From NCBI GenBank assembly GCA_003243965.1, contig QHBO01000012.1, positions 75,107-139,106 of the forward strand: a DNA stretch of 64,000 nucleotides, written 5' to 3'. Positions within the stretch are counted from its first letter, which is position 1; each line of letters opens with the position of its first letter. This document shows positions 58,652 through 64,000 of this stretch, in pieces. Source of the DNA: Chloroflexota bacterium (lineage in GTDB: Bacteria; Chloroflexota; Limnocylindria; QHBO01). The notes under the pieces were generated by a model. It was not told the origin of the DNA, searched no databases, and saw only the letters and a list, made by a program, of their open reading frames with translations. The position numbers and the translations under genes are program-made.

Positions 58652-59841
58652 CCCTGAGCGGCGACGGGCGTCGCGACGCCGCCGTCGAAATGCTCCTCGA
58701 AGCCTCTGCGCGCTGCCGACGCCACGCGTTCGGGCGACGCGGCGTGCCCGAAGTGGGCGAGGGCATCGGAGAGGATCTCCAGCGCGTCGGTCATCTCCGC
58801 GATGCCGACGTCGCCCATGTGCCCCAAGCGCAGGATCTTCCCCGTCCACTTGCCCTGCCCGCCGGCGATGATCGTTCCCTGGGCGCGCATGCGGGCGTTG
58901 AGCGGTCCCCACTCGAGCCCATCGGGGAGCCAGGCTGCGGTCACCGTGGCGGATCGATGCGGCGCGCTGGCCACGAGCTGAAGGCCGACTGCCTCGAGGC
59001 CGGCCTGCACCCCGGCAGCCACGGCGGCGTGACGCGCCCAGGTGGCCTCTCGGCCCTCGGCCAGCAGGCGGGCGACTCCGACCCGCAGCCCAAAGAGGAC
59101 GCTCACCGCGGGCGTCCACGGCGTCTGGCCCTTCTGCGCCCAGCTGCGGGCCTCGCGGAAGTCCCAATAGAAGCGGGGCATCTGCGCGGTCTCGATCGCG
59201 TCCCACGCCCGCGAGCCGAGCGCCGCGATCGCGATCCCCGGTGACGCCATCCAGGCCTTCTGGGAGGCGCTGACCACCGCGTCGACGCCCCAGTCGTCCA
59301 TGTCGAACGGCATCGCGCCGAGGCCACTGATGCCGTCGACCAGCAGCAGAGGCGCGCCGTGGGCGGCGTGGACGACCGCGGCCAGCTCACGCAGCGGATT
59401 CGCCACCCCGGTGGAGGTCTCGTTGTGGGTCAGCAGCACGGCGCGGAACGGTGCCCGGTCGGCCAGCCGTGAAGCGAGCTGACCGGGATCCACCGCTGAG
59501 CCCCATTCGACCTCGAGCCGCTCGACCGATGCGCCGAACTGCTCGGCGATGCTCGCGAACCGATCGCCGAATGCGCCGATGCTGACGGCAAGCACGCGGT
59601 CGCCCGGTGAGAGGGTGTTGACCACGACCGCCTCCAGCCCCCCGGTCCCCGAGCCGGTGAGCAGAAGCACCTCCCCCCGAGTCCCGATCAGGGTGGCGAG
59701 ACCGCTGGTCGTCTCGCGCAACAGCTCCGCGAACTCCGTTCCGCGATGATCGATCATCTGGGCCGCCTGGGCCGCCCGCACCGCATCGGGGAGAGGCGTC
59801 GGACCGGGGACGCGAAGGTTGTATTGCATGGCAGGCATCAT
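58648..59841 (-). CDS. Class V aminotransferase (serine-pyruvate / alanine-glyoxylate aminotransferase-like)
   Basis: PLP-lysine context SASQKAW and a fold-type I length of 397 aa. The long upstream ORF extension is rejected. Confidence 0.8.
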   Translation of the reverse strand: MMPAMQYNLRVPGPTPLPDAVRAAQAAQMIDHRGTEFAELLRETTSGLATLIGTRGEVLLLTGSGTGGLEAVVVNTLSPGDRVLAVSIGAFGDRFASIAEQFGASVERLEVEWGSAVDPGQLASRLADRAPFRAVLLTHNETSTGVANPLRELAAVVHAAHGAPLLLVDGISGLGAMPFDMDDWGVDAVVSASQKAWMASPGIAIAALGSRAWDAIETAQMPRFYWDFREARSWAQKGQTPWTPAVSVLFGLRVGVARLLAEGREATWARHAAVAAGVQAGLEAVGLQLVASAPHRSATVTAAWLPDGLEWGPLNARMRAQGTIIAGGQGKWTGKILRLGHMGDVGIAEMTDALEILSDALAHFGHAASPERVASAARRGFEEHFDGGVATPVAAQG

Positions 59842-59850
59842 AATCGGCCG

Positions 59851-61212
59851 ATGCCCGCTCGTAGGCCCGCGCCCCAGGTCACCGAACCGCTCTTCGACGC
59901 CGATGTCACCGCCGCGGATGCGCCGCTCGCGGCTCGCATGCGGCCACGAACGCTCGACGAGTTCGTGGGCCAGGAGGCGTTGGTCGGGCCCGAGGGCGCG
60001 CTCAGTCGCGTGGTGCGCCCCGGCTTCCTGCCCAGCATGGTCCTCTGGGGGCCGCCCGGCAGCGGCAAGACGACGCTCGCCCGACTGCTCGCTGAGCGTG
60101 CCGGCGGGAGCTGGCGGCCACTCAGCGCGGTCACCAGCGGCGTGGCCGATGTCCGGCAGCTGGTGGCCGAGGCCAAGGCGCGACGTCAGGCGGGCGGTCG
60201 GACGGTGGCCTTCATCGATGAGCTCCATCGGTTCAACAAGGGCCAGCAGGACGCGCTGCTGCCGCATGTCGAGGACGGCACCATCGCCCTGATCGGTGCC
60301 ACCACCGAGAATCCGTACTACGAGATCAACTCGCCCCTCCTGTCGCGACTTCGCGTCTACCGCCTGGAGCCCCTCGGCGAAGAGGAGCTGGGGCGTATCG
60401 TCGAACGGGCCCTGGGATCGCCGGATGGAATGGCGGGACGCGTCCGCCTGTCGGCGGAGGGCCGCGCCGCCCTGCTGCAGCTCTCCGGCGGTGACGCGCG
60501 CCAGGCGCTGAACATCCTCGAATCGGCCGCGGCGGTGGCCGAAGAGGGGAGCGAGCTGACGGAAGAGCAGATCGCCGAAGCCGCGCAGGAACGGCTGTTG
60601 GCCTACGACCGCGTCGGCGATCAGCACTATGAGGCTGCCTCCGCGCTCATCAAGAGTATGCGCGGCAACGACCCTGACGCCGCCCTCTACTGGTGCGCCA
60701 GCATGGTGGCGGCCGGCGAAGATCCAACCTTCATCGCGCGGCGGGTCGTCATCGCGGCCAGCGAGGACGTCGGCAACGCCGATCCCCGGGCACTCCAGGT
60801 CGCCGTTGCGGCCATGCAGGCGGTCGAGATGATCGGCCTGCCGGAAGCGCAGTACGCCCTCGCCCAGGCGGTTGCCTACGTCGCCAGCGCTCCGAAGTCG
60901 AACCGAGCCGGCGCCGGCTACTTCGCGGCGCTCGCCGACGTGCAGGAGCACGGCCGGCTACCGGTGCCGCTCCACCTGCGTCCGAGCGCCCACCGCCGGC
61001 TCGCTCGGGAGCATGGCTACGGCAAGGGCTATCTGTACCCGCACGACTTCGAGGGCGCCGACGTCGAGCAGGAATACCTTCCCGATGCGCTCGTCGGCCG
61101 CGTCTACTACGAGCCGAGCGAGGAGGGACTCGAGTCCAGAATCGCCGAACGCCTGGAGCGGCTGCGTACGGCCCGGCGTGCCGCCCGGCGCACCGCTCCT
61201 CGGGGCTCCTAG
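59851..61212 (+). CDS. rarA: Recombination factor RarA/MgsA (AAA+ ATPase)
   Basis: Walker [10 protein letters not shown], Walker [11 protein letters not shown], and the MgsA C-terminal domains. Confidence 0.85.
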   Translation: MPARRPAPQVTEPLFDADVTAADAPLAARMRPRTLDEFVGQEALVGPEGALSRVVRPGFLPSMVLWGPPGSGKTTLARLLAERAGGSWRPLSAVTSGVADVRQLVAEAKARRQAGGRTVAFIDELHRFNKGQQDALLPHVEDGTIALIGATTENPYYEINSPLLSRLRVYRLEPLGEEELGRIVERALGSPDGMAGRVRLSAEGRAALLQLSGGDARQALNILESAAAVAEEGSELTEEQIAEAAQERLLAYDRVGDQHYEAASALIKSMRGNDPDAALYWCASMVAAGEDPTFIARRVVIAASEDVGNADPRALQVAVAAMQAVEMIGLPEAQYALAQAVAYVASAPKSNRAGAGYFAALADVQEHGRLPVPLHLRPSAHRRLAREHGYGKGYLYPHDFEGADVEQEYLPDALVGRVYYEPSEEGLESRIAERLERLRTARRAARRTAPRGS

Positions 61213-61568
61213 CCGCGGCCGAGCCCGGTCGCGCTGAGGATCACGAAGGCGACCAGCAGGATCGCCCCCATCAGCGCCACGAGCACGCCGATGTTGCGGA
61301 GGTCACGCCCGACGTAGTGGTACTCCTGGCGTGCCCGATCGCCGAGGCGCGACGGGCCGGTGAGGGACAGCCGGGGATCGGGGCGAGCGCGCTGCGCGGT
61401 GGCAGACCGCGCTGCCGGCGCGGCGCTGGTCGACAGCGACGCGACCGGCGGCTGCGTCGGGGCGGCGGACTCGGTCGGTGGAATCGTCGGCGGGCGCGTC
61501 TGGCCGGAGCGCTCCCGTCGTCGCTGCCGTGCCTGGCGGCTCGCCGCCTTGCCTCCTCGTCGGGCCAT
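61209..61568 (-). CDS. Hypothetical tail-anchored membrane protein (basic Pro-rich N-terminus, single C-terminal TM)
   Basis: 119 aa. The only support is the ORF plus a single transmembrane helix IGVLVALMGAILLVAFVILSA. Confidence 0.4.
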   Translation of the reverse strand: MARRGGKAASRQARQRRRERSGQTRPPTIPPTESAAPTQPPVASLSTSAAPAARSATAQRARPDPRLSLTGPSRLGDRARQEYHYVGRDLRNIGVLVALMGAILLVAFVILSATGLGRG

Positions 61569-61650
61569 GGTCCTCGTCGCTCGGAATCGGTCTGCAGATC
61601 GCACGCGCACCCGGCCGCGTCGGCCGGGTGGGGCGGTATGATACCGCGCC

Positions 61651-62175
61651 GTGCCGCTGCTGAACCAGATGCTCTCCGAGAACCTGGCGCTCGCGTTCGG
61701 CCTCGTCGCCCTGCTCCTGCTGCTGCTGATCGCCGCGGTGGTTGTCCAGAGCGCGCGGCTGGGAAGGGCGACGCGGGCATATCGGGCGCTGATCGGGGGC
61801 GCCGGCGGCAGCGGCTCGCTCAGACAGGTGCTCGATGCGCACGTGGATCGGGTCGAGCAGGTGAGCGGCCGGCTCGAGGAGCTGAACGCTCTTCACGCAG
61901 ATCTGGAGCTGCGGTCGCGCGGGAGCCTCCAGCACATCGGCATGGTGCGCTTCAACCCGTTCGACGATACCGGGTCCGACCAGAGCTTCGCGATCGCGCT
62001 GCTCGACGACCGGCGCGACGGGATCGTGCTCTCCAGCCTGCACGGACGCGCCAACACGCGCCTCTTCGCCAAGCCGGTCGAAGCCGGGACCTCGCGCCAC
62101 GCGCTCTCCGAGGAGGAGGCGCAGGCCATCAGGGTCGCCGTCGAGGGAACGCGCCCGGCCACCGCCGCGCGCTGA
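61651..62175 (+). CDS. DUF4446-like protein
   Basis: N-terminal transmembrane segment, then a conserved MVRFNPFDDTGSDQSFAIALLD block. Confidence 0.6.
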   Translation: MPLLNQMLSENLALAFGLVALLLLLLIAAVVVQSARLGRATRAYRALIGGAGGSGSLRQVLDAHVDRVEQVSGRLEELNALHADLELRSRGSLQHIGMVRFNPFDDTGSDQSFAIALLDDRRDGIVLSSLHGRANTRLFAKPVEAGTSRHALSEEEAQAIRVAVEGTRPATAAR

Positions 62176-62184
62176 CCGCGGGCC

Positions 62185-62808
62185 TTGGATCCGACCGAGC
62201 GGCAGGTCACTGAGCTGCAGAGCGCCGAGCGACGGATCGTGGGCGAGCTCCGCCGGCGACAGCGGGAGCGCCCTCTCCAACCGGAACTGCGCATCGATGT
62301 GCTGCTGCGAGCGGTGCGCGATCGCGCGGACCGGAGACCAGCCGGCCATCGGGGGCGGCAACCGGTCCGGCTCGGTGACCGGGAGCTGATCGCGCTCCTC
62401 GGCGACATGGCGGCGCGCGGTGTTGTGCGCCGGGAGGGACGACGCGTGCAGCTGGCCGCCGAGCGCGCGCTCGACCCGGAGCTGGCGCGACGAGTCGACC
62501 GCTTCCTCGCCGACCTGGCGGCCTTCGGCGCCTCCCCCCCGCGCGTGGAGCAGGTCGCCAGGCGCGCCGGGGTTCCGCCTCCGATCCTCGCTCAGCTGCG
62601 CGGCTCTGGACGGCTGGTGGTCCTGGCTCCGGGAATCGAGTACCCGTCCGCGGCCCTGTTGCCGCTGAGGCGGGAGATCGAGCGGATGGCAGCCGCCGCG
62701 CCCCTCAGCGTGGCGCGCGTCCGTGACGCGCTCCACACCAGCCGCCGCCACGCCGCGGCACTCATCGCCGACCGCAACCGCGACCGCGACAACCGACCTG
62801 TCGAGTAA
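62185..62808 (+). CDS. Standalone protein resembling SelB C-terminal winged-helix domains
   Basis: Arg-rich helical repeats with a spacing pattern typical of SelB winged-helix modules. Inferred from composition and pattern only. Confidence 0.45.
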   Translation: MDPTERQVTELQSAERRIVGELRRRQRERPLQPELRIDVLLRAVRDRADRRPAGHRGRQPVRLGDRELIALLGDMAARGVVRREGRRVQLAAERALDPELARRVDRFLADLAAFGASPPRVEQVARRAGVPPPILAQLRGSGRLVVLAPGIEYPSAALLPLRREIERMAAAAPLSVARVRDALHTSRRHAAALIADRNRDRDNRPVE

Positions 62809-62866
62809 GTCGACGATAACGGCGGAGTGACGCCCCTCTCGACTACCATCCAGCCCGTGCCAGCCG

Positions 62867-64000
62867 TGCCCGCCCCGAATCAGCTCCCGATCTTCGAGGA
62901 GCTCTCCCCCCCGGCTCGGCCACGACGGCCTCTGCTTCGGCTGCAGCCTCCTCTGCTCGCAGACCTGACCCCGCGGCAGCGCAAGGCGGTTACTCACGGG
63001 GACGGGCCGCTGCTGATCGTGGCCGGGGCCGGGACCGGCAAGACCACGGTCCTGACCCGACGAATCGCCTGGTTGATCGCCGAGAAGCGAGCGCGTCCGT
63101 CGGAGATCCTGGCCCTGACGTTCACGGAGCGCGCGGCGCTGGAGATGCAGGAGCGTGTCGATCGGCTGGTGCCGTACGGATTTACCGACACGGCGATCAG
63201 CACCTTCCACGCCTTCGGGGACCGGCTGATCCGGGAGCATGCGCTCGAGGCGGGACTCTCGGACCGATCGACGGTCCTCTCCCAGTCGGAGCAGATCATC
63301 TTCCTGCGCGAGCACCTGTTCGAGCTGCCGCTGCACCGATTTCGGCCGCTCGGCAATCCGACACGCTTCCTCGGCGCCCTGGTGACGCTCATCAGCCGGG
63401 CCCGGGACGAGGGCATCTCACCCGCCGACTATCGGGCGGCGGCGGACCGCCTGACCGATGAGGCGGCCGCCTCGCCGCAGGACTCCGCCCTCGCCGAGGA
63501 GGCTGCCAGGCAGGGCGAGATCGCCGACCTGTACGAGGTGTACGAGCGATTGATGCGGAGCAGCGATCGGCTCGATTTCGGCGACCAGGTGACCCTCGCG
63601 CTCCGCCTGCTGCGCGACCATCCCGCCGTCCTCTCCGCGGAACGCGCCAGGGTGCGATACATCCTCGTCGACGAGTTCCAGGACACCAACCGCGCCCAGT
63701 TCGAACTCGTGAAGCTGCTGGCCGGCAGCGCGCGCGCGAACGTCACGGTGGTCGGCGATGACGACCAGAGCATCTACCGATTCCGCGGCGCGGCGCTCTC
63801 CAACATCCTCGGCTTCCACCGCGCGTATCCACGGTCCGCCCAGGTCGTGCTCGTCGACAACTTCCGCAGCCGCCAACCGATCCTCGATTCGGCCTATCGT
63901 CTGATACGCCACAACGACCCGGATCGGCTCGAAGCGCGCGAAGGGCTCGACAAGCGGCTTCACTCGCGCCTGCGGCCGTCGGAGTCGCCCTCATCCGCCA
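62867..64000 (+). CDS. ATP-dependent DNA helicase UvrD/PcrA family, N-terminal part (continues beyond the window)
   Basis: LTPRQRKAV, Walker A AGAGTGKTTVL, motif II VDEFQDTN, motif III VVGDDDQSIYRFRGA. An in-frame stop at 62828-62830 limits the start to GTG 62867 or 62876. Confidence 0.8.

Overview
This is a GC-rich (roughly 70%) bacterial chromosomal segment, densely packed with core-metabolism operons. I found no transposases, integrases or CRISPR arrays. In the high-GC sequence, true genes are distinguished from long antisense ORFs by domain content and by operon-style start/stop overlaps (ATGA, GTGA, TGATG).

Content, 5' to 3':
- **Glycerol / glycerol-3-phosphate supercluster (1..8736, + strand).** A glpK tail is followed by eight genes with overlapping starts and stops: dhaM, plsY, HPr, ptsI, pgsA, glpA, glpB, glpC.
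- **ABC-2 exporter (8729..11299, - strand).** One ATPase followed by two tandem paralogous permeases.
- **Lipoate biosynthesis and hydrolases (11334..14636, - strand).** lipA, lipB and two metallo-beta-lactamase-fold hydrolases.
- **2-oxoacid dehydrogenase operon (15038..21706, - strand).** Order is thioesterase, lpd, E1 alpha, E1 beta, a DinB-like protein, E2, then an alpha/beta hydrolase.
- **Cyanophycin locus (21719..28417).** M20 peptidase, then cphB-cphA on the - strand, convergent with a CphA paralog that lacks the ATP-grasp domain.
- **J-domain protein coupled to an orphan sensor kinase (28476..31093), then an M16 peptidase pair (31080..33787).**
- **tRNA-Lys(CUU), a DUF3105 / holin-X-like / DUF3618 trio, tRNA-Leu(UAG).**
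- **tig-clpP-clpX, an MscS channel, a coiled-coil protein, and valS behind a probable T-box leader (35997..44698).**
- **Zinc-ribbon / REC-ParA-like ATPase cluster (44729..49103).** It lies directly upstream of fhaA-fhaB-rodA-pbpA (49232..53304).
- **MoxR / DUF58 / transglutaminase triad (53420..57933).**
- **Histidine phosphatase, class V aminotransferase, rarA, DUF4446, a SelB winged-helix protein, and the 5' part of uvrD/pcrA (57983..64000).**

FHA-cluster architecture, the T-box on valS and cyanophycin genes suggest a high-GC monoderm lineage (deep Actinobacteria or a Chloroflexi/Thermomicrobia-like genome). This is inference, not a database result.

Most novel-looking items:
1. The CphA paralog with N and Mur-ligase domains but no ATP-grasp (22912..24543).
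2. The REC-ParA-like ATPase flanked by three zinc-ribbon proteins next to the FHA/RodA/PBP cluster (44729..49103).
3. The translationally coupled J-domain protein and sensor kinase (28476..31093).
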